A DNA stretch of 64,000 nucleotides from an uncultured Gemmataceae bacterium (GTDB lineage Bacteria; Planctomycetota; Planctomycetia; Gemmatales; Gemmataceae), in contig CAVVPN010000003.1 in assembly GCA_963750165.1 (NCBI GenBank), positions 1 through 64,000 on the forward strand, in the 5' to 3' direction. This document shows positions 19,977 through 29,883 of the stretch, piece by piece (the first letter of the stretch is position 1; every line of letters begins with the position of its first letter). The notes beneath the pieces are model-generated. The model was not told where the DNA came from. It saw only the letters and a program-made list of their open reading frames with translations, and made no database searches. The translations under genes and the position numbers were made by a program.

Positions 19977-20879
19977 TTACCTCTTCCCATGGATGGCGGG
20001 GGCGTGGTGGACGGCCGGCGCGTGTTGCGTTGCGTGGACGGCCGGCGCATGGTGGATGGCCGGCATGTGCTGATTCGCGTGAACGGCCGCCGCGTGTTGC
20101 GCCGGATGCATCTGGACGCCAGCGGGCATGTGGGCCGTGGTCACATGGCCTTTGCCGGTCCCCTTGCCCTGCTGGCCGCCGACCGTGCCCTTGCCGTGCT
20201 GGGCGTTCATCCCCGTGAACTGGGCCGTATGCTTCGCGTTGGCCATCTGCGTGCCGGTGTTCGTATGGCCCTTGTTCGCCTGGAGGCCGCCCATCTGACC
20301 GCCGAATTTTTGACCGCTGCCCAGGCCATTTTTGGCGAACTGCTGGCCCGCGCCCTTGTGATTCATCGCCGCCCAGTGCTGCTGGCCCGCCGCCAGGGCC
20401 GCGTGGCTGAGGTGCGCCAGGCCCGAGAAATGGCCGCCGAGGAAACCGGCCCCGTGGGCAAAGAAATCACGGTGGTGCTGCTCAAAGCGGTGATGATCGA
20501 AGCGGTGATCGTGATGATGGAAGCCGACCATGCCGGCGCTGTGCCCGTCGTGCCGGTGGTCCTGGTGCTGCTTGTCGCCGGGGTGGCGGAAGCTACCGAA
20601 CTGGCCCACCACCTGCCCGAGCTGCTGCACGGAGCCGACCGACTGCGTGCCCCTGTTGTTGGAGTTACCACTCTTGCCTCCGCCCTGCAGGACGGCCTGC
20701 TGGGCGCCGACACTACCGGTCAGCGTGCCGCTCGCCTGGGCAATGCCGACAGTCAGGCTGCCGCTGTTGCGGTTGCCGGTCGCGGTTTTGCCCCTGGTGG
20801 TTTGGCCGGCAGCCGGCACTGCGGTCAGCGCCGCCACGGGAAGCAACCCCAGCAGCGCGAGTTGATGGAAGCGTCGCAT
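19977..20879 (-). CDS. Secreted low-complexity Gly/His/Gln-rich protein
   Basis: Signal peptide 'MRRFHQLALLGLLPVAALTAVPAAG'; His-rich tracts; HAPAVH repeats. Confidence 0.6.
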   Translation of the reverse strand: MRRFHQLALLGLLPVAALTAVPAAGQTTRGKTATGNRNSGSLTVGIAQASGTLTGSVGAQQAVLQGGGKSGNSNNRGTQSVGSVQQLGQVVGQFGSFRHPGDKQHQDHRHDGHSAGMVGFHHHDHRFDHHRFEQHHRDFFAHGAGFLGGHFSGLAHLSHAALAAGQQHWAAMNHKGAGQQFAKNGLGSGQKFGGQMGGLQANKGHTNTGTQMANAKHTAQFTGMNAQHGKGTVGGQQGKGTGKGHVTTAHMPAGVQMHPAQHAAAVHANQHMPAIHHAPAVHATQHAPAVHHAPAIHGKR

Positions 20880-21030
20880 ACACCAATCCCCTTTCCCATA
20901 CCCGTCACGGGGGGTGAGAGACCCTGGCGGTCAATTCATAAAACGACGGCCAGGCGGGTTCGTTGGCGCGGCGGCGCGATTTTCATTTTTCTGACCACGG
21001 CGGCCCGTTGACCCGCACAGGATTTTGACT

Positions 21031-21090
21031 GGAGCGGTTCCCAGTCGCGTGGACCACAAGTCGTAGGACGGCTCTCCAGAGCCGTCGGGA
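21031..21090 (+). repeat. Partial copy of the 1510-1634 MITE/REP
   Basis: GAGCGGTTCCCAGTCGCGTGGACCACAAGTCGTAGGACGGCTCTCCAGAGCCGTCGGGAGAAC matches 1512-1575. Confidence 0.8.
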
Positions 21091-21124
21091 GAACAACGCG
21101 ATCATCGGCTGCAACGCCGCCACC

Positions 21125-21312
21125 GTCGTCAGGTCGTAGCAGCGCCGCAGGGCGTTGGGGTCGTGCAATTGCTCGGGGAGGCTGCCGCCAGGGTGTTGTG
21201 CCAGGCGATCCGCCAGATCCACGAGCGCGCGGGTGCGCCGGCGGTGGCCGAGTTGGGCATGGCCGAAATGTTAGTGGCCGAAGTCGTGCGTGACAGGGGA
21301 AGGCAGGGACAT
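21125..21312 (-). mobile_element. IS4-family (Tn5/IS50-like) transposase N-terminal remnant
   Basis: 'HFGHAQLGHRRRTRALVDLADRLAQHPGGSLPEQL.DP..LR..Y.L'; stop and frameshift near the start; AAGGAG upstream. Confidence 0.65.
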
Positions 21313-21454
21313 GCGGGTCGCTCCTTGACAAAGGGCCGCCAGGTCGCCGTTTACGGAGTCGATAGTATACATGCAGATCGTAAAAGTTGAGGCTAAACCT
21401 GACGCCTGACGGCCCTGGCTATTGGCTGCCGCCCCTTCGGGGCTCAAGACCCAA

Positions 21455-24142
21455 TCATCCGCCCAACTTTTCGCGCACCAGCTTCGCCGCGAGTTGCAGC
21501 GCCTCCGCGAGCTTCGCGGGCTCCTTGCCGCCGGCCTGGGCCAGCGTCGGCTTGCCGCCGCCGGCGCCGCCCACGACCTTCGCCACCTCGCCGACCAGCT
21601 TGCCCGCGTGCAGTCCCTTCTTGACCAGGTCGTCCGTCACGCCCGCAAGCAGGCCGACCTTGCCGTCCTCCGTCCAGCCGACCAGCACCGCGGCACTGCC
21701 CGCTTTCTGCTTCAGCCGATCCACCTGGTTGCGCAACTGCTCGTCCGGTGACGCCGGCAGCTCACCGATCATCACCTTCGCGTCGCCGACCACCGCCGCC
21801 GCGTCGAACAATTTATCTGCGACACCCTGCAAATCCGCCGCGGCGCCCTTTTTGAGCTGCTGCTGCAATTTCTTGATCTCGTCCTGCAACTGCTCGACAC
21901 GGCCCGGCAACTCCTCGGGCTTGCAGTTGAAGCGGCCCGTCAGCGTGTCAAGCACCGACGCCAAGCGCTGCACGGTGGCGACCGCCCCACGGCCGGTGAC
22001 GGCGGTGACGCGGCGCACGCCCTTGGCGACCGCCTCCTGGCTGACGATCTTGAAGAAGCCCGCCTCGCCGGTGTGCGTCAGGTGCGTGCCGCCGCAGAAC
22101 TCCACCGAATGCTCCGGCGTCGCCTGCCCTGGCGCCGCGGCACCGATCAGCAGCACGCGCACCGGGTCCGGGTACTTCTCGCCGAAGACCGCACGCACGC
22201 CGGCAATCTGCTTCGCCTGCGTCAGCGGCAGCGTCACCGGCGTCACCGGCAGATCCGCGTAAATCCGCTCGTTGACCAGCCGCTCGACCTCCGCGACCTG
22301 CTCCGGCGTCAGCGGCTTATCATGGGCAAAGTCGAAGCGCGTCTTCTCCGCATCGACCAGCGAGCCTTTCTGCTCGATGTGCTCGCCGAGGACGCGGCGC
22401 AGCGCCCAGTTGAGCAGGTGCGTCGCGGTGTGGTTGCGCATGGTGTCGGCGCGGACGCCGTCCACCGCCGCGGTCGCCGACTGGCCCGGCTCCAGCGCAC
22501 CGTCCACGACGCGGCCGACGTGCAGCACGCTGTCGCCGAGTTTCTGCGTGTCCTCGACCTCGAAGCGGCCCGTCGTGGTCGTGATGCTGCCCACGTCGCC
22601 GACCTGGCCGCCCTGCTCGGCGTAGAAGTTCGTGCGTTCCAGCAACAGCGCAACCTCGTCCTCGCCGCCGAGGCGACCGGACTTCACCACGGCGTTGTCC
22701 TTGACCCAACCAAGCACCTTCGCGTTGACCGCCAGGCCAGCATACTTGGCGGCGTCGTCGGTCTTCGGCAGATCGCCCTGCACCGCGGTTACGACGAACT
22801 TCTTGCGCGACGCCCGCGCCCGCTTCTTCGCCTCATCCAACTCGCGCTGGTAGCCGGCGCGGTCCACCGTCAGGCCCGCCTCGTATGCCATCTGCTCGGT
22901 GATGTCGATGTAGACGCCGTAGGTGTCGTGCAGCGTGAACGCGTCCATGCCGCTGACGACGTTGGTGCCGTTCTGCCGCGCCCGCGTCGCCGCCTCCTCG
23001 AACAGCTTGATGCCGCGATCCAGCGTGCGGATGAAGCTCTCCTCCTCCTCGCGGATCATGTCGATCACCTGCTGCGGGTGGCGCTTCAACTCCGGGAACG
23101 CGCCGCCCATCGTCTCCACCACCGTCGGCACCAGGTCGCACAAAAACGGCTTCTTCGCGCCCAGGTATTGCCGGCCGTAGCGCTCCGCCCGGCGCAGGAT
23201 GCGGCGCAGCACGTAATTCCGGCCGGTGTTGCCCGGCCGCGCCCCGTCCGTCAGCGCGAACGTCAGCGCCCGGATGTGGTCCCCGATGACGCGGTACGCC
23301 GTGTCCTCGTGGCGGTCGAGCCGGAACGTGTACGGCCCCGCGCCGGTCACCTTCTGGATCGCCGCGAAGATCGGCGAGAACACGTCCGTGTCGTAATTGC
23401 TGTCCTTGCCCTGCAGCACCGCCGTCACGCGCTCGAAGCCCATGCCCGTATCGACGTGCTTCGCCGGCAGCGGCGTCAGCTTTTTATCCTCGCCGCGATT
23501 GAACTGGATGAACACCAGGTTCCAGATTTCCATCACCTCCGCCCGACCCGCGTTCACCAAATTGCCGCCGCTTTTGTCCGGCGTGCGGTCGATATGGATT
23601 TCGGTGCAGGGGCCGCACGGCCCGGTGTCGCCCATCTCCCAGAAGTTGTCCTTCTTGTTGCCGAAATGAATGTGGGAATGGTCAATGTCCGTGACCGTGC
23701 GCCACAGTTCCGCCGCCTCGGTGTCGGGCTCCAGGCCCTCGCCGCCCTCGAACACGGTCGCGTGCAGCCGGCTCCTGTCGAGGCCCCACACCTGCGTCAG
23801 CAGCTCCCACGCCCACGCGATCGCTTCCTTCTTGAAGTAATCGCCGAACGACCAGTTGCCGAGCATCTCGAAGAACGTGTGATGATAGGTGTCCTTACCC
23901 ACGTCGTCGAGGTCGTTATGTTTACCGCCGGCGCGGATGCACTTCTGCGTGTTCGCCGTGCGCCTGTACGGCGGGCTGGCGGTGCCGAGGAAGTACGGCT
24001 TGAACTGGTTCATGCCGGCGTTGGTGAACAGCAGCGTCGGGTCGTCCAGCGGCACAACACTGCTGCTCGGCACGAACGTGTGGCCGTGCTTCTTGACGAA
24101 GAAGTCGATGAACTCCTGACGAATCTGGTTCGCGGTACGCAT
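21455..24142 (-). CDS. alaS: Alanine--tRNA ligase
   Basis: 'DPTLLFTNAGMNQFK', 'HHTFFEMLGNWSFGDYFK', 'DTGMGFER', editing motifs 'NHTATH' and 'EFCGGTH', C-terminal GGGKP.LAQAGG. Confidence 0.98.
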   Translation of the reverse strand: MRTANQIRQEFIDFFVKKHGHTFVPSSSVVPLDDPTLLFTNAGMNQFKPYFLGTASPPYRRTANTQKCIRAGGKHNDLDDVGKDTYHHTFFEMLGNWSFGDYFKKEAIAWAWELLTQVWGLDRSRLHATVFEGGEGLEPDTEAAELWRTVTDIDHSHIHFGNKKDNFWEMGDTGPCGPCTEIHIDRTPDKSGGNLVNAGRAEVMEIWNLVFIQFNRGEDKKLTPLPAKHVDTGMGFERVTAVLQGKDSNYDTDVFSPIFAAIQKVTGAGPYTFRLDRHEDTAYRVIGDHIRALTFALTDGARPGNTGRNYVLRRILRRAERYGRQYLGAKKPFLCDLVPTVVETMGGAFPELKRHPQQVIDMIREEEESFIRTLDRGIKLFEEAATRARQNGTNVVSGMDAFTLHDTYGVYIDITEQMAYEAGLTVDRAGYQRELDEAKKRARASRKKFVVTAVQGDLPKTDDAAKYAGLAVNAKVLGWVKDNAVVKSGRLGGEDEVALLLERTNFYAEQGGQVGDVGSITTTTGRFEVEDTQKLGDSVLHVGRVVDGALEPGQSATAAVDGVRADTMRNHTATHLLNWALRRVLGEHIEQKGSLVDAEKTRFDFAHDKPLTPEQVAEVERLVNERIYADLPVTPVTLPLTQAKQIAGVRAVFGEKYPDPVRVLLIGAAAPGQATPEHSVEFCGGTHLTHTGEAGFFKIVSQEAVAKGVRRVTAVTGRGAVATVQRLASVLDTLTGRFNCKPEELPGRVEQLQDEIKKLQQQLKKGAAADLQGVADKLFDAAAVVGDAKVMIGELPASPDEQLRNQVDRLKQKAGSAAVLVGWTEDGKVGLLAGVTDDLVKKGLHAGKLVGEVAKVVGGAGGGKPTLAQAGGKEPAKLAEALQLAAKLVREKLGG

Positions 24143-24147
24143 GAGAG

Positions 24148-24201
24148 GAAAGTACTATGTACGAAGTACGAAGTACGAAAAAAAGAAAAAAGGAAGAAGG
24201 A
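24148..24201. repeat. Left arm of inverted repeat around the four-helix-bundle gene: (GAAGTAC)n plus purine tract
   Basis: GAAAGTAC TATGTAC GAAGTAC GAAGTAC GAAAAAAAGAAAAAAGG; reverse complement of 24619-24672. Confidence 0.85.
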
Positions 24202-24219
24202 TACAAAGCTGACAACGAG

Positions 24220-24600
24220 TCAGGGTTTGTTCTGAGCCTTCTTGAGGATGGCGGTCAGTATCATGATTAACTCTTCGGATTCGCGGAGCAAGGGTTGTCC
24301 CGCGGCCGGGGCGACGATCTCGCTGGCGACCAACAACCGCAGCCAGTATCGCGTTTCTCGTGCCTCCTTGCGTGAGATCGAATACTTCGAGATAAAATCG
24401 GCCCGGCTCTGGCCGGCCTTGCCCTCTTCCACGTTGGCCCCAATAGAAGTCCCCGACCGCAATAGTTGATTCGCGATCGTCCTCGGCACCCCCGGCTGTC
24501 TTGACAGCGATTGACACAATTGGATGATGCGGAGTGCGAATTGAAACGTCCGTTCGCATAAATCAAAAGGCGGCTGAGTTTCTGTTCGACCGTTCTCCAT
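24220..24600 (-). CDS. Four helix bundle protein (23S rRNA intervening-sequence protein / Avd-like family)
   Basis: 'DL.ERTFQFALRII', 'IANQLLRSGTSIGANVEE', 'QSRADFISK..I.RKEARET.YWLRLL', 'ESEEL..IL.AI'; lower GC than neighbours. Confidence 0.92.
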   Translation of the reverse strand: MENGRTETQPPFDLCERTFQFALRIIQLCQSLSRQPGVPRTIANQLLRSGTSIGANVEEGKAGQSRADFISKYSISRKEARETRYWLRLLVASEIVAPAAGQPLLRESEELIMILTAILKKAQNKP

Positions 24601-24618
24601 GTTCCCCCCTTTTTCTTT

Positions 24619-24672
24619 TCCTTTCTTTTTCTTCTCTTTTTTCGTACTTCGTACTTACTACTTCGTACTTTC
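24619..24672. repeat. Right arm of inverted repeat around the four-helix-bundle gene: pyrimidine tract plus (GTACTTC)n
   Basis: TTTTTTC GTACTTC GTACTTA CTACTTC GTACTTTC; overlaps the larC stop codon. Confidence 0.85.
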
Positions 24673-25830
24673 TTCATAGCCGCGCTGCGCTGCCAAATAC
24701 ACCTCCCGCAAAGCCACACCGCGTTCCCGGGCGACGCGGGCGCAGTCCTCGTACTCCGGCGCGAACACCGGTGGCCGGCCGTCGCGCCAGCCGAGCTTGC
24801 CCTGCACCGGCCCCCACGGGGTAGACACCGTGACCGCCCGCCGGTTCAACTTCGACCGGCTCACCACATACCGCCGCACGCCGAACGTCGTCGTCTCGCG
24901 GAACAGCACATCCTCCAGCGCCGCCAGCGTCGCCGGCTCCGCGAGGAGGCTCAGCAGCACGCCAGGCCGGTTCTTCTTCATGAAAATCGGCGCCGTGAAC
25001 ACGTCGAGCGCCCCGGCGGCGAACAGCTGCTCGACGCAGTAGCCGACCCACTCCGCGGGAAGGTCGTCCAGGTTTGTTTCCAGCACCCACACCTGATCGC
25101 CCACGGCCGGCGCCTCCGCGGCGGTGCCGACGAACAGCCGCAGCAGGTTCGGTTGCTCGACGAACTCGCGCCGCCCGGCGCCGTGGCCGATGCGCTCGAT
25201 GGTCAGCGCCGGCTGCTCGACCCACTCCTGCACGACGGTAGTGAGGATGGCGGCACCGGTCGGCGTGGTCAGTTCGGCCCGGACGGGGCTGGACCGCAGC
25301 GGCACACCCCGGAGCAGTGCGGCGGTGCCAGGCGCCGGCACCGGCATGATGCCGTGGGCGCACTTGACGGTGCCGCTGCCGACCGCGACCGGGCCACTGC
25401 TGAAGCGCGCCACGCCGAGCAGGTCCAGCGCTACCGCGGCGCCGGCAATGTCGGCGATGCTGTCGAGAGCGCCGACCTCGTGAAAGTGGACCTTCTCCAG
25501 TGGCATCCCGTGCGCTTCCGCCTCGGCCTCCGCCAGCCGGCGGAAGATGCGTAGCGCCAGGTCGCGCTGCGGCGGCGTCAGGCTGCCGCGGTTCAGGATC
25601 GCCTCCACGTCGGGCAGGAAGCGGTGTGTGTGCTCCTCGGCGGCCGTGACGCGAACGTGGGTCGCGGCGAAACCGCCCTTGTGGACCTTCTCGACCTCGA
25701 CATTCACGGGCAGGCCCAGCGAGGCAATCGCGCCGAGCACCGGTTCCTGGGGGACGCCGGCATCGAAGAGCGCGGCCAGGGTCATGTCGCCGCTGATGCC
25801 GCTGAAACAGTCGAAATGGGCCACGCGCAC
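24658..25830 (-). CDS. larC: Nickel pincer cofactor biosynthesis protein LarC
   Basis: 'FDCFSGISGDM', 'HFHEVGALDSIADI', 'PVPAPGT', 'ELTTPTGAAIL', 'ETNLDD', 'MKKNRPG', 'PEYEDC'; GTG start with GGAGGA RBS. Confidence 0.93.
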   Translation of the reverse strand: MRVAHFDCFSGISGDMTLAALFDAGVPQEPVLGAIASLGLPVNVEVEKVHKGGFAATHVRVTAAEEHTHRFLPDVEAILNRGSLTPPQRDLALRIFRRLAEAEAEAHGMPLEKVHFHEVGALDSIADIAGAAVALDLLGVARFSSGPVAVGSGTVKCAHGIMPVPAPGTAALLRGVPLRSSPVRAELTTPTGAAILTTVVQEWVEQPALTIERIGHGAGRREFVEQPNLLRLFVGTAAEAPAVGDQVWVLETNLDDLPAEWVGYCVEQLFAAGALDVFTAPIFMKKNRPGVLLSLLAEPATLAALEDVLFRETTTFGVRRYVVSRSKLNRRAVTVSTPWGPVQGKLGWRDGRPPVFAPEYEDCARVARERGVALREVYLAAQRGYEESTK

Positions 25831-25938
25831 GGGTCGGTCCTCCTCCGCCGGGAATTTTACGGCGCGGGCAGACCAAAACCCAGCAAGTCGGGGGAACTGG
25901 GTGCATCCCTGTAGTGGCAGGGGCAGCGAATCACCTTC

Positions 25939-26411
25939 GTGGGACGATTCTCCAGAGCCGTCGCAGCGCCTTACACAGGGCCCGGTGGAGGCTGTCCGGT
26001 TCGTAGTACCGCCTTTAGTGCGCATCGCGGTCGGGTGTAGCGGTCTGTTCGTAGCGGAAGTCGCCAGACTTCCGTAGCGGCTTCGGAAGTCTGGCGACTT
26101 CCGCTACCCCCAAACGCCAACCGCTCTCGAGCAGTTCACAGTCGCGTGGACCACGAATGGCAGGACGGCGCTCCCCCGGCGCCGAATCTCGACGTGTGAA
26201 AAAGTTGGCCCCCTTGGCCCCCTTGGCCCCCTTGCTGTGGCAGTGCAGGCCGCTGAAGGTCAGGCCGTGCCCGCCGTCTCACCCGTGCCACGTCATGTGC
26301 GCCTGCCCTTCGTGAACCGCTCCAGGTGTCAGATTCCGCCTAAAGGCGGTACTACGAACCGGACAGCCTCCACCGGATTGAGAATTAGACGGCTCTGGAG
26401 AGCCGTCCCAC
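25939..26411. repeat. Nested REP/MITE cluster
   Basis: Outer arms 25939-25962/26388-26411, inner arms 25982-26018/26340-26376, REP doublet 26051-26107, MITE 26129-26324. Confidence 0.8.
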
Positions 26412-26533
26412 AAAGCGACCCCGGCGCAGCTACGCGGATGCACCCGGGGGAAATGTGGCGGAACTTCCCCTGGTGCTTTACAATGAGGACAACGACTCGC
26501 TCCGACCCACCGTTGCTCCACTCGGGAATAACC

Positions 26534-29500
26534 ATGCTCCGACGCCGCGCACTCCGGATCGGTTGCCCCCTGCTGCTGGTACTGCTCGCCGGCCGCACCA
26601 CGGCGGACGAGCCCACACCGGCCCAGGTCGTTTTCTTCGAGATGAAGATCCGCCCCGTCCTGGTCGAGCACTGCTACAAGTGCCATTCCGCCGCCAGGAA
26701 GTCGCCCAAAGGCGAGCTGCGCCTGGATAGTCGTGCGGCCCTGCTCAAGGGCGGCGAAACCGGCCCGGTCGTCGTCCCCGGCCACCCGGAGAAGAGCCGC
26801 CTGCTCGATGCGGTGCGCTACAAGACCGTTGATCTGCAAATGCCCCCCAAGGGCAAGCTCCCCGCGGCCGTGGTCGCCGACCTGGAGGCGTGGGTCAAGA
26901 TGGGCGTCCCGTGGCCGAAGGAGACCGTCAAGGTCGCCACCGACAGGTACGCCTTCGACCTGGCCAAACGCAAGCAGGAGCACTGGGCCTGGCAGCCGCT
27001 GCGGCCAACGCCACCGCCCGCCGTCAAGACTCGGCAATGGCCGGCTGGCCCCGTCGATCAATTCCTGCTGGCGAAGCTGGAAGCGAAGGGCCTCAAGCCC
27101 GCCGCCGTGGCCGACCGCCGCACGCTCCTCCGCCGCCTCTATTTCGACCTGATCGGACTGCCGCCGACGCCCGCGGAAGTGGCCGCCTTCGTCAACGATC
27201 AGGCGCCCGACGCCGTCGAAAAAGTCGTGGATCGGCTGCTGGCGTCGCCGCACTTCGGCGAGCGCTGGGGCCGGCACTGGCTTGACCTGGTGCGCTACGC
27301 CGAGTCGCGCGGCCACGAGTTCGACTACAACCTGCCCAACGCCTATCAGTATCGCGATTACGTGATCCGCGCCGTCAACGCCGATGTGCCGTACAGGCAG
27401 TTCGTCCTGGAACACCTGGCTGGCGACCTGCTACCGAAGCCGCGGCTGCACCCGACCGAGAAGTTCAACGAGTCGATCCTCGGCACCGGCTTCTTCTTCC
27501 TGGGCGAACAGGTCCACTCGCCGGTGGACATTTGCCAGGATCGGGCCGACCGCCTCGATAACATGCTCGACGTGACCGGCAAGACGTTCCTGGGCCTGAC
27601 GGTCGCCTGCGCACGTTGCCACGACCACAAGTTCGACGCCATCGCGCAGAAGGACTATTACGCCCTGGCTGGCTTCCTGCAGAGCGGCAGCTATCGCCTG
27701 GTGCCGTTCGATACCCTGGAGCACAACCGCCGCGTCGCCGCTGAGCTGTGGCGAGTACGCGACCAGGCGCGGGCGAAGGTGCGGCAGACGCTCGCCGCGC
27801 AACTCAGGCCCGGCGTCGAGCACACCGCGGCGTATCTGCTGGCGGCGCGGCAGGTGCTGGCGGGCCAGGTCGCGGCCATCGTGGCGCAGCAATTCAAGGT
27901 TGATGCGGCGCTGCTCGGCCGCTGGGTGACGCAGTTGCGAGCCGCCGCGAAGGACGCCACGGAACCGCTGCACGCCTGGACGCAGCCGGAAAACAGCCGC
28001 ACAGCAATGGCGAAGGATCTGCGCAAGCGCGACGCCGCTGCGGCTGTCGCTCTGGATCGTGCGGAAATCATCGTCGATTACGCCAACCCCGGCCGCGACG
28101 GCTGGCTGCCCGATGGCCCGACCTTCGGCCCCGGCCCGGTGCGGGCTGGTACGCTGCGCCTGGGCACCGACCCGGCCCGGCCGGTGCTGGGCGTCGCCCA
28201 TCTTGCCGCCGCGGAACGCGACCCGCTCTGGCCCGTGACGAAACTCGCTCCCGGCGCCGAGAACGAACCGGGCGCCCTCGGCGGACTGGTGCGCGCCGGC
28301 CGGACGCTGCGTACGCCGTCATTTCAGGTGAAGTCGGGCAAGGTCCACCTGCTGGTCAAGGGTGGCGGCCTGAGTTATGCGGCCGTCGAGAGCCACGTCA
28401 TGATCGCTGGTCCGCTGCACGGCCAGCTGGTCAAGAACTTCAAGCCCGGCCCCCGTTATCAATGGGTGCTGCACGACCTGAGCGCTACAAGGGCCGCCGG
28501 GCGCACCTGGAGTTCACACCGCGCGACCCGGGCGACTTCGCCGTCGTCATGGTCGTCCAGGCCGATGTCGCACCCGGGCTACTCGACCGGCCCGACCAGG
28601 CCCTGCTGCGGCTGCTAACCGGGCCCGCTGCGGCGAACGTCGAGGCGCTGGCGGCCGGCTATCAGGAAGCGTTGTCGGATGTGGTGCGGCGGCTGGCGCC
28701 GGACGACGCGCACGGCCCGGCGGACGCGGCCCGGCTGGCGGACTGGCTGGTGCGGCACCCGGAGCTGTTCGTCAAGGACGAGGCGGAGATGCGGAAGGCC
28801 GTCGCGGACGCCGCCGGGCCGCTGCTGGCGGAACAGGCGAAACTGCTGGCCCAGGTCAAGACCGCGTCGCGGCTGGCCCCGGCGATGCTGGACGGCAGCG
28901 GCGTCGATGAGTTCGTGTTCCTGCGCGGCAACTACAAGACGCCCGGCGCCGCGGTGCCGCGGCGTTTCCTCGAAGCGCTGGCCGGGCCGGAGCGGTTACC
29001 AACCGCGAAGGGCAGCGGCCGGCTGGAGCTGGCCCGGCTGATGACCGATCCAGCGCGGACGCCGCTGCTGCCGCGCGTCATGGTCAATCGCGTCTGGCAC
29101 CACCTGTTCGGCCGCGGCCTCGTCGCCTCGACCGACAACTTCGGCGTCCTCGGCGAGCGGCCGACGCACCCCGAACTGCTCGACTACCTGACGGACCGCT
29201 TCATCAAGGACGGCTGGTCGGTGAAGAAGCTCATCCGCACGCTGGTGTTGACGCGGGCGTATCAGCAGTCGTCGGCGATTGATAAGCAGGCGGACCAGAT
29301 CGATCCGCAGAACTTGCTGCTGCACCGCATGCGCCTGCGCCGCCTGGAGGGCGAGGCCATCCGCGACGCCATGCTGGCGGTATCCGGCCGGCTCGACCGC
29401 AAGATGTTCGGGCCATCGGTGCCGGTGTTCCTGACGCCGTTCCAGGACGGCCGCGGTCGCCCCGCCAGCGGACCGCTCGACGGCAACGGCCGCCGCAGTG

Positions 29501-29883
29501 TGTACCTGTCGGTGCGACGCAACTTCCTGCCGGCGATGCTGTTGGCCTTCGACACGCCGCAGCCGTTCTCGACCGTCGGCAAGCGTAGCGTCTCCAACGT
29601 GCCGGCCCAGGCGCTGATCCTCATGAACGATCCGTTCGTGCGGCAGCAGGCTGAGTTGTGGGCGAAACGGACGCTCGCCCAGGAGAAAACGCCGCGCGGG
29701 CGGTTCGTCGCCCTGTACGAGAGCGCCTTCGCCCGGCCGCCGGCGGCGGCAGAGTTGACCGCCTGCCTGGATTTCGTGGCACGGCAGGCCCAGCTGGACA
29801 ACCGCAACGCCGAGGACGCCGCCGTGTGGGCGAGCCTGGCCCACGCGCTGTTCAACACCAAGGAGTTCATCTACCTGCCATGA
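26534..29883 (+). CDS. Planctomycete cytochrome c / DUF1549 / DUF1553 (PSD1) protein; frameshift near 28482
   Basis: 'FFE.KIRPVLVEHCYKCH', 'LIGLPPT', 'GERWGRHWLD..RYA', 'CARCHDHKFD', 'RVMVNRVW.HLFGRG', 'HPELLD', 'PAQAL.LMN', 'NTKEF.Y'. Confidence 0.9.

Noticed and set aside
22073..24235. Long antisense ORFs (720 aa here; also 13219-14751, 16110-18059, 33381-35222, 37609-39252, 59443-61038)
   Set aside because: Shadow ORFs opposite well-supported genes, expected in high-GC DNA.
24220..24600. Diversity-generating retroelement suggested by the Avd-like gene
   Set aside because: No reverse transcriptase and no TR/VR pair with adenine-specific mismatches seen in the window.
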